This document shows positions 56,894 to 64,000 of a DNA stretch of 64,000 nucleotides, in pieces (position 1 is the first letter of the stretch; every line of letters starts with the position of its first letter). Below the pieces are notes generated by a model, which was given only the letters and a program-made list of their open reading frames with translations, made no database searches and was not told the origin of the DNA. This stretch comes from Megamonas sp. UBA1799 (lineage in GTDB: Bacteria; Bacillota; Negativicutes; Selenomonadales; Selenomonadaceae). Made by a program: the position numbers and the translations under genes. The DNA lies in contig DCFR01000008.1 in assembly GCA_002319815.1 (NCBI GenBank), positions 52,062 to 116,061 of the forward strand. The letters are read 5' to 3'.

Positions 56894-57841
56894 ATGGCAT
56901 CAGACACTGGAAATCTGTGTATCCTGACAGGCAACGCCAACCCGAAGCTGGCACAGGACATCGCGAATCATATCGGCGTAAAGCTGTGTGATGCATTCGT
57001 CGGACATTTCAACAACGGCGAGACGCAGGTCATGATCAGCGAGAGCATTCGCGGTCGGGATATCTTCATTATCCAGCCGACCTCACAGCCGGTAAATGAC
57101 AATCTCATGGAACTTCTCATCATGGTGGACGCCTGCAAGCGTGCTTCTGCCCAAAGTATTACGGCGGTGGTTCCCTACTATGCTTATGCGCGGCAGGATC
57201 GTAAGACGCGCGGCCGGGAGCCAATCTCTGCAAAACTTGTCGCCAATCTTATGGAAACGGCGGGGGTCAACCGCGTCGTAACAGTGGATCTGCATGCAGG
57301 GCAGATTCAGGGGTTCTTTGATATTCCAGTGGACCATCTGGCGGCAGCACCGCTGCTGGCCGACTATTTCAAGTCCCAAAATCTGAAGGATGTCGTGGTC
57401 GTTTCACCGGATCTTGGCGGTGTTACCCGGGCCCGGATTTTGGCGGATCGTTTGCATGCGCCAATCGCCATTATTGAGAAGCGCCGTCCGGCGCCGGGCT
57501 GTGCGGAAGTCATGAATCTGATTGGCGAGGTAAAGGGAAAGACTGCCATCATGATTGATGATATCGTCGATACAGCAGGGTCTCTTTGCGAAGGGGCAAA
57601 AGCCTTACAGAAACTGGGCACGCATGAGGTTTACACTTGTTGCTCGCATGCGATTCTCAGTGACCCGGCAGTGCAGCGCATCAATGATTCCTGCATTAAA
57701 CAGCTGGTGATTACGGATACGATTCCGCTGCCGGAAGATAAGAAGTCGCCGAAGATTGTGGTGCTTTCTCTGGCGGATGCGTTGGGCGATGTCATTATGA
57801 GCATTCAGAATCATCGCTCGGTGAGCCAGCTTTTTAAATAA
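56894..57841 (+). CDS. prs: ribose-phosphate pyrophosphokinase
   Basis: VVPYYAYARQDRK and DDIVDTAGSL (PRPP-binding) motifs. glmU-prs synteny. Confidence 0.95.
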   Translation: MASDTGNLCILTGNANPKLAQDIANHIGVKLCDAFVGHFNNGETQVMISESIRGRDIFIIQPTSQPVNDNLMELLIMVDACKRASAQSITAVVPYYAYARQDRKTRGREPISAKLVANLMETAGVNRVVTVDLHAGQIQGFFDIPVDHLAAAPLLADYFKSQNLKDVVVVSPDLGGVTRARILADRLHAPIAIIEKRRPAPGCAEVMNLIGEVKGKTAIMIDDIVDTAGSLCEGAKALQKLGTHEVYTCCSHAILSDPAVQRINDSCIKQLVITDTIPLPEDKKSPKIVVLSLADALGDVIMSIQNHRSVSQLFK

Positions 57842-57861
57842 GTAAGAGTATGGCTTTTGAG

Positions 57862-57905
57862 GACTGTTGTCGGCGGCTTTGGCTGCGGGCGACAGTCTTT
57901 TTTTT
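57862..57905 (+). terminator. rho-independent terminator after prs
   Basis: GACTGT..TCG/CGACAGTC stem followed by T8. Confidence 0.6.
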
Positions 57906-58011
57906 ACGGCGGTTTTACTTTTTGCCGGCTCAAAACCATTGACAGCAGCGCTGGGTATGTTATTGTTAAAAGCAGATGCAGACGGGTTGAAATGGCGGGG
58001 GAGGAAAATAG

Positions 58012-59195
58012 ATGGCTATTCGGGATTTGGTACAAAAATATGATGCCGGGATACGGCAGCTGCGGCAGGTGTTTCATGCGCATCCGGAGCTGAGCTTTGC
58101 CGAGGTTGAAACAACGCGGCGTATTGGCGCGGAGCTGGATAAAATGGGTATACCGTATGCAATCAACCCGTTGCGACAGACCGGCTTGGTGGGCTGCATT
58201 CAGGGGATGCAGCCGGGACCGGCGATCGCGCTGCGTGCAGATATCGATGCATTGCCGGTACAGGAAGCAACGGGTTTGAGCTGTGCTTCTATAAATCCGG
58301 GGGTCATGCATGCCTGCGGCCATGATGGGCATATTGCGTTGCTGCTCGGCGCGGCGCGCATGCTGCTTGATTGTCGGGAAGAAATCTGCGGGATCGTCTA
58401 TCTGGTCTTTCAGCCGGCGGAGGAAACCGGGCAGGGGCGCCATATATGATGCGCTTTGGCGACTGGTTTCAGAAAGTGGGAATGGTGTTCGGCGGACATC
58501 TCTGGGGAGAGCTTCCCGCGGGGCAGGTATCCGTCGAGGCCGGGCCGCGTATGGCGGCGGGGGATCAGTTCCGCATTCTGGTGCATGGGCGGGGCGGCCA
58601 TGGCGCCCAGCCCCGGCAAACGGTTGATGCTGTTGTCGTCGCTTCGGCTATTGTCATGAATCTGCAGACCCTTGTTTCGCGTCATTTCAGTCCGCTGGAT
58701 TCTGTACTGCTGACAATAGGAACTTTTCAGAGCGGCGAGCGTTTTAATATCATTGCCGGTGAAGCTGAATTGACGGGAATTACCCGCTATTTTGACGAAC
58801 GTGTCCGTCCAGAATTACAGCGGACCATGGAACGGCTGATTGCGGAAACGGCTGCGGCCTATGGGGCGACGGCCGAGCTAATATATACGAGAATGATACC
58901 GGCGGTTGTCAATGTGGCTGCCGCTTCCGCTGTTGCCGCGCAGGCGGCGGCCAAAGTTCTCGGTCCGGAGGCGGTTGTTACGATGCCAGGGACTATGGCC
59001 AGTGAAGATTTTGCCTGGTATCTGGAGAAAAAGCCTGGTTGTTTTGCTTTTTTTGGCATTCATAATGCGGCCAAGGGTATTACCGCTGCCCATCATAGCG
59101 ATCATTTTACCGTTGATGAAGCCGTGCTGGCCGGCGGAGCCGGCGTTTATGCCCAGTTTGCGCTGGATTGGCTGGCGGCGCAGTCTGTGTCGTAA
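58012..59195 (+). pseudogene. M20D-family amidohydrolase (N-acyl-amino acid amidohydrolase-like) interrupted by a 1-nt frameshift
   Basis: ORFs 58012..58449 and 58371..59195 together form one M20 protein (HAHPELSF, MHACGHDGH, FQPAEE | GAPYMM..., GGHGAQP). The frames join at the G4 run 58434-58437. Confidence 0.8.
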
Positions 59196-59338
59196 TAAAA
59201 ATGGCGGCGGAACCGGCAGGCTGGTTGTCCGTATATTTTCATGTAAATTTCACATAAAATGGGTATTCTTACAAATAGTAAAATTCCTAATTGCTTTTTT
59301 GCAAAGTTGTTTTAATAAAAGCAATTTTTATGCTTTTG

Positions 59339-59380
59339 CCTGACGGCTGTTTGCTGCATGAATCCGTCAGGTTCTGTTTT
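59339..59380 (+). terminator. rho-independent terminator-like hairpin
   Basis: CCTGACGG/CCGTCAGG stem followed by TTCTGTTTTATTGCTTTTTT; preceded by a second hairpin, AATTGCTTTT/AAAAGCAATT, at 59289-59326. Confidence 0.5.
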
Positions 59381-59430
59381 ATTGCTTTTTTATTCGTTGA
59401 GCTTATATTCTCTAAGGAGTTCCTGTAATT

Positions 59431-60081
59431 ATGAATCGCCGTACTTTTTTATGCAAAACCATGACTTTTCTGGCGGCCGCTTATGTATCGGATGCATGGC
59501 GCTGCTTTTCAGCAGAGGCGGCTTCCCCAGCGCCGCTTCAGTGCCCCAAAATTAAAGAAACGTATTTGAAATTCGTGATGCCGCTGCAAAATCGTTTACA
59601 AACCGATCTGATTGTTTTGCATCACATCGGCGACAGCAATGAAGATTTTTCTGCGGCCGATGTGCATCAATGGCATATCAATAATGGCTGGGCAGGGATC
59701 GGTTACCATTTTGTCATTCGAAAAAATGGCGTTATTGAGCGCGGGCGTCCTTTGGATACGGTGGGCGCGCATTGCTACGGCTACAATGAGCACTCGGTCG
59801 GAATTAATGTCGTCGGTAATTTTGAGACAGCGGTTCCTACGGTGGCACAGCTGGATTCCGCGGTACATTTGACCGCCTATCTCTGTCAGCTGTATCGAAT
59901 TGACCCTTTTGCCGACGATGTTGTTTTGGGGCATCGTGATCTCAATGCTACTTTGTGTCCCGGGAAAAATTTTTACGCCGAATTGGATGCATTCCGCCAA
60001 CGGGTCCAGAGTAATTTTTCCCATACGCTGGTTCGCCGGGCACCCTCGTCACGGAGACATCGCCTGCCCAATGTGCATTAA
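59431..60081 (+). CDS. N-acetylmuramoyl-L-alanine amidase (Amidase_2/PGRP fold) with Tat-like signal
   Basis: MNRRTFL...AAAYVS signal. LIVLHHIGD..., WAGIGYHFVIRKNG and GHRDL...CPG are amidase_2 motifs. Confidence 0.8.
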   Translation: MNRRTFLCKTMTFLAAAYVSDAWRCFSAEAASPAPLQCPKIKETYLKFVMPLQNRLQTDLIVLHHIGDSNEDFSAADVHQWHINNGWAGIGYHFVIRKNGVIERGRPLDTVGAHCYGYNEHSVGINVVGNFETAVPTVAQLDSAVHLTAYLCQLYRIDPFADDVVLGHRDLNATLCPGKNFYAELDAFRQRVQSNFSHTLVRRAPSSRRHRLPNVH

Positions 60082-60150
60082 TCCTTTTTCCTGCAATCAG
60101 GGCCCGGCGGCAACTGCTGTATTGTGTTGTCCCAGGTTGTGTATTATAAT

Positions 60151-60202
60151 ATGTAGATGTGATTGCCCGCAGCTGGCGGACAATTTCTCTACATATTTTT
60201 TT
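60151..60202 (+). terminator. intrinsic terminator-like hairpin between amidase_2 and nhaC (terminator or leader attenuator)
   Basis: Outer stem ATGTAGA/TCTACAT plus inner ATTG-CCGC/GCGG-CAAT stem, then A and T7. Lies immediately downstream of TTGTGT-17-TATAAT (60122-60150). Confidence 0.55.
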
Positions 60203-60220
60203 AAGGCAGGAGTTGTTGTA

Positions 60221-61753
60221 ATGGAAGGTACTGCGTGGTCAATTTTTCCGCCGTTGCTGACGATTGTGCTGGCATTGGTAACCAAGGAAGTGTATATGTC
60301 ACTTTTATTGGGTATTTTTTCAGGAGCGCTGCTCTATACAAATTTTGATGTTCTGCATGCGATTCTGACTATGTTTGCGGTGATGGAAGATAAGATTGGC
60401 AAAAATGTCAATATCTTGGTGTTTCTGGTGATCTTGGGTATTTTGGTAGCGGCGATTACGCGGTCAGGGGCGACGCGGGCTTATGGAAACTGGGCGAGCC
60501 GGGTGATTAAGGGGAAGCGCAGCGCACTTTTTCTGACGGCGGTATTAGGTATTGTTATTTTTATTGATGATTATTTTAACTGCCTGACGGTAGGAACCGT
60601 GATGCGGCCGATTACTGATAAATTCAGGATTGCCCGCGCTAAGATTGCTTATATTATTGATGCGACGGCGGCGCCGGTTTGTATTCTGGCGCCGGTCTCC
60701 AGCTGGGCGGCGGCTGTTGGTTCATCGCTGCCGGAAGACAGCAGCATCGATGGATTTTCACTGTTTTTACAGACGATTCCTTTTAATCTGTATGCAATTC
60801 TCACTATGGTGTTTATGATGTTTATCATTTGGTCAGGACGAGATTTTTCTGATATGGCGCGTTATGTGCATAAAAATCAGGAGCATTTTATCATCGCGCC
60901 GGAGTATGCGGATGAAAATGCGGAGGAAGAAAAGATTGGCAAGGGTGTTATTCTGGATCTGATGCTGCCGATTCTGGTGCTGATTGGGGCGTGCGTATAC
61001 GGCATGCTTTATACGGGCGGCATACAGGAAGGCCGTACGATCGCCGAGGCATTTGCCAAATGTGATTCTTCGAAATCTTTGGTTCTGGGATCGTTTATTG
61101 CCTTCGTTTTTACGGCATTGCTTTACTTGCCGCGTCAGGTGGTATCGTTTACAGATTTTTGCGCTAGTTTTAGTCAGGGATTTCGCGCCATGACGCCGGC
61201 AATTTTTATTTTGTGTCTGGCTTGGACGATTTCCGGCATTGTCGGGGAAAAATATTTGAATCTTGGCGCTTATGTGAGTCAGATTGTCAGTGCTAATGCA
61301 TCGCTTGGCATGATTTTGCCGACGGTTTTCTTTTTGGTGGCGCTGCTCATTGCGTTTGCTACCGGGACTTCGTGGGGGACTTTTGGCATTTTGATTCCCA
61401 TTGCCGTAGCGGTGGTGGGGGTTGAAAACCAGACCGGGCTGGTCTTAGCGGTAACAGCAATTTTGTCGGGAGCGGTGGCTGGCGATCATGCATCGCCGAT
61501 TTCCGATACGACGATTCTGGCTTCGGCTGGAGCGCAGTGCCATCATATTGATCATGTGAGCACCCAATTGCCTTATGTCGGCGTTGTTTGTGTTTGCAGT
61601 CTGTTGGGATATCTGGTCGATGGCTTTACGCAGAATGGTTGGGCCGGGCTGGTCGTCGGGCTGATTTCGCTGGCGGTAGCCTGTGGGATTATTATGGTGC
61701 GGGTTCCGGTGACGGATGCTGATGAAGCCACGGCGGCTGATGTGGAAAGCTGA
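60221..61753 (+). CDS. nhaC: Na+/H+ antiporter NhaC-family transporter
   Basis: 510 aa from the ATG at 60221 (GGAG SD). Multi-TM with SIFPPLLTIVLALVTKEV and DDYFNCLTVG blocks typical of NhaC. Confidence 0.85.
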   Translation: MEGTAWSIFPPLLTIVLALVTKEVYMSLLLGIFSGALLYTNFDVLHAILTMFAVMEDKIGKNVNILVFLVILGILVAAITRSGATRAYGNWASRVIKGKRSALFLTAVLGIVIFIDDYFNCLTVGTVMRPITDKFRIARAKIAYIIDATAAPVCILAPVSSWAAAVGSSLPEDSSIDGFSLFLQTIPFNLYAILTMVFMMFIIWSGRDFSDMARYVHKNQEHFIIAPEYADENAEEEKIGKGVILDLMLPILVLIGACVYGMLYTGGIQEGRTIAEAFAKCDSSKSLVLGSFIAFVFTALLYLPRQVVSFTDFCASFSQGFRAMTPAIFILCLAWTISGIVGEKYLNLGAYVSQIVSANASLGMILPTVFFLVALLIAFATGTSWGTFGILIPIAVAVVGVENQTGLVLAVTAILSGAVAGDHASPISDTTILASAGAQCHHIDHVSTQLPYVGVVCVCSLLGYLVDGFTQNGWAGLVVGLISLAVACGIIMVRVPVTDADEATAADVES

Positions 61754-61772
61754 GTTTTCCTGTATATTGAAG

Positions 61773-61808
61773 GGTCTGACTGGATTTTCCGGTCAGATCT
61801 TTTTTTTG
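61773..61808 (+). terminator. rho-independent terminator after nhaC
   Basis: GGTCTGAC/GTCAGATC stem followed by T9. Confidence 0.7.
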
Positions 61809-61877
61809 CTCTTGTCAAATGGAGGGAAAACAGTTACAATAAGGGAGTACGTTAACACGTTAAAGGGGAAAACGATT

Positions 61878-62678
61878 ATGCAGCTCCATTTTATTAAAGC
61901 GAGTCCTTGCCGGAATACGACCGTGTTTATCACCGATCCGGCTGTGCGCGCCCAGTATGGATTGATTGCCGGTCAGGTCATGTCGCCGGAGTATCTGGCT
62001 GCGGAACAGGCGGGGTTTCTGACTGATCCGCAGCATCCGGAGGCTTTGCTGCGGCTGGAGATGGCCGGCGGCGAATTTTGCGGCAATGCGACGCTGGCGC
62101 TGGCGGCCCTGGCCGTCCGACAAGGCCGTACCGACGGGAAAAGCTTTTATGTTGAATGTTCCGGAGCGGCTGAACCGCTGGCCTGTACGGTGTTGAAACT
62201 GCCTCGTAACCGCTGGCGGGCGAGGGCAGAAATGCCGGCCGGGGATGACGTTCATCCTTTGACCCTGCAGGTCGGCGGCCAGAGTTATGCCGGGGGCTTG
62301 GTGATACTGCCGGGTATTTGTCATTTCGTTTTGCCGGGATCGCTGCCGTGCAGTCAGTATGAACCGCTTATGGCGCAGCTGTCGGCAGCTGTCAGGGCCG
62401 AGGCATATGGCATCATTCCTTATGAAGAGACGTCTGCCGCCCATTATCGGATTGTGCCTTATGTGTATGTTCCGGCAGCCGGCAGCCGTGTTTTTGAACA
62501 GGCCTGCGGTTCGGGCAGTTTATCTTTGGGGCTTTGGCTTCGGCATAAGACAGGGCTTCAATATAGCGAAGTTGCACAACCGGGAGGCATACTGACGGTG
62601 GAGACCGGAAAGCAAAATTATATAACGGCGGAAGTTTATTTTCCTTGCGAGGGGATTCTGGAGGCAGAGGAAAGCTGA
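61878..62678 (+). CDS. DapF-fold cofactor-independent racemase/epimerase (CntK-like; not a canonical DapF)
   Basis: 266 aa. The two-Cys pair EFCGNAT and QACGSGS occupies the positions of the DapF catalytic cysteines. The N-terminal SPCRNTTVFI replaces the DapF GNDF motif. Promoter TTGTCA-17-TACAAT upstream. Confidence 0.6.
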   Translation: MQLHFIKASPCRNTTVFITDPAVRAQYGLIAGQVMSPEYLAAEQAGFLTDPQHPEALLRLEMAGGEFCGNATLALAALAVRQGRTDGKSFYVECSGAAEPLACTVLKLPRNRWRARAEMPAGDDVHPLTLQVGGQSYAGGLVILPGICHFVLPGSLPCSQYEPLMAQLSAAVRAEAYGIIPYEETSAAHYRIVPYVYVPAAGSRVFEQACGSGSLSLGLWLRHKTGLQYSEVAQPGGILTVETGKQNYITAEVYFPCEGILEAEES

Positions 62679-62736
62679 AAGAGCTTTGCGCATAGGTGAA
62701 ATAGAAAATATAAGAAAAAATAATGGAGGTAAGAGA

Positions 62737-63543
62737 ATGAAAAAAGTATTGGCATTGTGTATGATGCTGGTTCTGGCCATGGGGATTTTGGCAGGCTGCG
62801 GTCAGGAACAAAAAGCAGCGCCCGACAAAAAGGATGCTGCGAAGAAAATCGTTATTGGGTTGGATGATAATTTCCCGCCGATGGGGTTTGTGGACGACAA
62901 CAACAAGATTGTTGGTTTTGATGTCGATTTGGCTGCGGAAGCGGCAAAACGCCTGAACTGTGAAGTTGAGTTTAAGCCGATTGACTGGGCAAGCAAAGAG
63001 GCAGAGCTGAAAAGCGGCCGTATTGATGCGCTTTGGAATGGACTGGAGATCATGGAAAAGCGCAAGGAAAATATGCTGTTTAGCGAGCCTTACATGAATG
63101 ATCGTCAGATGCTATTCCGCGCAAAGGGACGCAACGAAGATATCAAGGGAGAAGAAAATCTCAAGGGAAAGATTGTGGCCACGCAGAGCGGCGGCGGCAC
63201 GGCTGAAGATTATCTTGATACCAATACGGCGCTGCAGGCTTCTTTTAAAGAATATAAGAAATACCCGGATTATATTTCCGCGTTTATGGATCTGGAAAAT
63301 GGCCGTGTTGATGCGATTCTTTGCGATGAGATCATTGGCCGTTATTATATGAGCAAGCATCCGGACAAGATTGAGGCCGTAGATCAGGCAATCGGGCCCG
63401 TGAGCCAGTTTGGTATTGGCTTCCGCAAGGATGATCAGGCGCTGCGGGATAAGATGCAGACGGTTATGGATGCTATGCGTAAGGATGGAACGCTGGCAAA
63501 GATTTCCACGAAGTGGTTCGGCAAGGATATTACAGCTCTTTAA
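62737..63543 (+). CDS. polar amino acid ABC-transporter substrate-binding lipoprotein (family 3 SBP)
   Basis: Lipobox LAGC. IVIGLDDNFPPMGF, GFDVDLA and IDALWNG are SBP_bac_3 motifs. No permease or ATPase genes adjacent. Confidence 0.85.
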   Translation: MKKVLALCMMLVLAMGILAGCGQEQKAAPDKKDAAKKIVIGLDDNFPPMGFVDDNNKIVGFDVDLAAEAAKRLNCEVEFKPIDWASKEAELKSGRIDALWNGLEIMEKRKENMLFSEPYMNDRQMLFRAKGRNEDIKGEENLKGKIVATQSGGGTAEDYLDTNTALQASFKEYKKYPDYISAFMDLENGRVDAILCDEIIGRYYMSKHPDKIEAVDQAIGPVSQFGIGFRKDDQALRDKMQTVMDAMRKDGTLAKISTKWFGKDITAL

Positions 63544-63552
63544 GCAAGTGAT

Positions 63553-63587
63553 AAAAGGGCCACGGCAAAATGCGCCGTGGCCTTTTG
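63553..63587 (+). terminator. rho-independent terminator after the SBP gene
   Basis: GGCCACGG/CCGTGGCC stem flanked by an A-run and a T-run. Confidence 0.75.
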
Positions 63588-63723
63588 TATGCATTTTTGA
63601 CACGACAGAGCAAACTGCCGGTTCTTTTGCCAGCTGCTTTACAGAGCTTGCTTTGGCGGCGGTAGATTTTTGGGATTGTTTCTGTTACAATGAAAAGAGA
63701 AGCTATGGGAGGAGACAGCAGCA

Positions 63724-63987
63724 ATGAATGAATTTATTGCACAGATTAATGCGGCCGGACAGGCATATATGGTAGCGGATATTCAGGTGGCAGAGTGTCA
63801 TCGGTTGGGCAGAATGGGGCGGAGTGTACGGGAAGCTCTGACGGCCCAGGAACAGGCGCAGACTGAGTTGGTGGCGGCTTTTCGGGCCTGCGGGCACACC
63901 TTGGATGAGCTGGAGCGGTTGCAGGATGAAGCCGGACGGGCAATGCTGGCCTATGGCGTAGCCGAAGTTTTAAAACGACTGGTTTGA
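63724..63987 (+). CDS. small helical hypothetical protein
   Basis: 87 aa ORF with a GGGAGGAG SD; upstream extended -10 (TGTTACAAT). No recognisable family. Confidence 0.35.
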   Translation: MNEFIAQINAAGQAYMVADIQVAECHRLGRMGRSVREALTAQEQAQTELVAAFRACGHTLDELERLQDEAGRAMLAYGVAEVLKRLV

Positions 63988-64000
63988 AAAAGAAAAATCA

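Noticed and set aside
59196-59430. c-di-AMP (ydaO) riboswitch upstream of the cell-wall amidase.
   Set aside because: None of the conserved ydaO core motifs is visible; the region is simply AT-rich with two hairpins.
59900-60220. In-frame N-terminal extension of the nhaC ORF (617 aa version).
   Set aside because: The extension overlaps the amidase_2 gene in another frame and crosses a terminator hairpin. The membrane protein begins at the ATG at 60221, which has a proper SD.
61716-61877. In-frame N-terminal extension of the racemase ORF.
   Set aside because: It crosses the nhaC stop, terminator and promoter. The ATG at 61878 follows the promoter.
1-64000. Search by eye for CRISPR arrays, tRNA/rRNA genes, IS elements, integrases, reverse transcriptases (retron/DGR), and defence-type ATPase/nuclease operons.
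   Set aside because: Intergenic spacers are short and are explained by promoters, terminators and riboswitches. No repeat-spacer arrays or tRNA-like T-loop motifs were seen, and no ORF translation shows mobility or defence signatures apart from mazEF. A tRNAscan, Infernal or DefenseFinder run would be needed to be definitive.

Overview
This 64 kb window is mostly chromosomal housekeeping DNA from a Firmicutes-type genome of about 50% G+C, with an accessory, xenobiotic-response-like stretch at roughly 25.6-40 kb. I infer a diderm Negativicute. The synteny is Firmicute-like (tig-clpP-clpX-lon-engB, ispE...glmU-prs, a Leu T-box, EndoA/MazF), while an AMIN-like amidase, Tat signal peptides and a VirK/DUF535 protein suggest an outer membrane.

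Core genes called: argG (partial), argH, mazEF, a ComEC-like MBL/DUF3006/amidase/GerM operon, cfa, TPP riboswitch-thiC, uspA, T-box-leuA, nhaA, a MocR regulator, tig, clpP, clpX, lon, engB, an ahbA/ahbB-like pair, pyruvate:ferredoxin oxidoreductase, dfx-ferritin, bioH-bioC with a BirA operator, a C69 dipeptidase, azlCD, two LysR regulators, an SSS symporter, rarD, ispE, a GntR regulator, glmU, prs, a frameshifted M20 amidohydrolase, an amidase_2, nhaC, a DapF-fold racemase with an amino-acid-binding lipoprotein.

The accessory stretch holds an Fsr-like MFS transporter, two MATE pumps with MerR/GyrI and AraC/GyrI regulators, a MarR operon with a Tat-exported nitroreductase, a CAT-like acetyltransferase and a small low-GC insertion.

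I found no rRNA, tRNA, CRISPR array, transposase, integrase, reverse transcriptase or defence-type ATPase/nuclease genes. I do not see convincing evidence for a large novel multi-gene system. The best second-look candidates are:
- the low-GC single-gene insertion abutting an XRE regulator gene (35.7-36.7 kb);
- the two-gene operon of a CntK/DapF-like racemase and an orphan binding protein (61.8-63.6 kb);
- the MocR regulator with a divergent, strongly signalled secreted mini-protein (13.7-14.2 kb);
- the MarR/Tat-nitroreductase/secreted-protein operon with repeated palindromic boxes.

All functional calls come from reading the translations and recalling family motifs; no database search was run.
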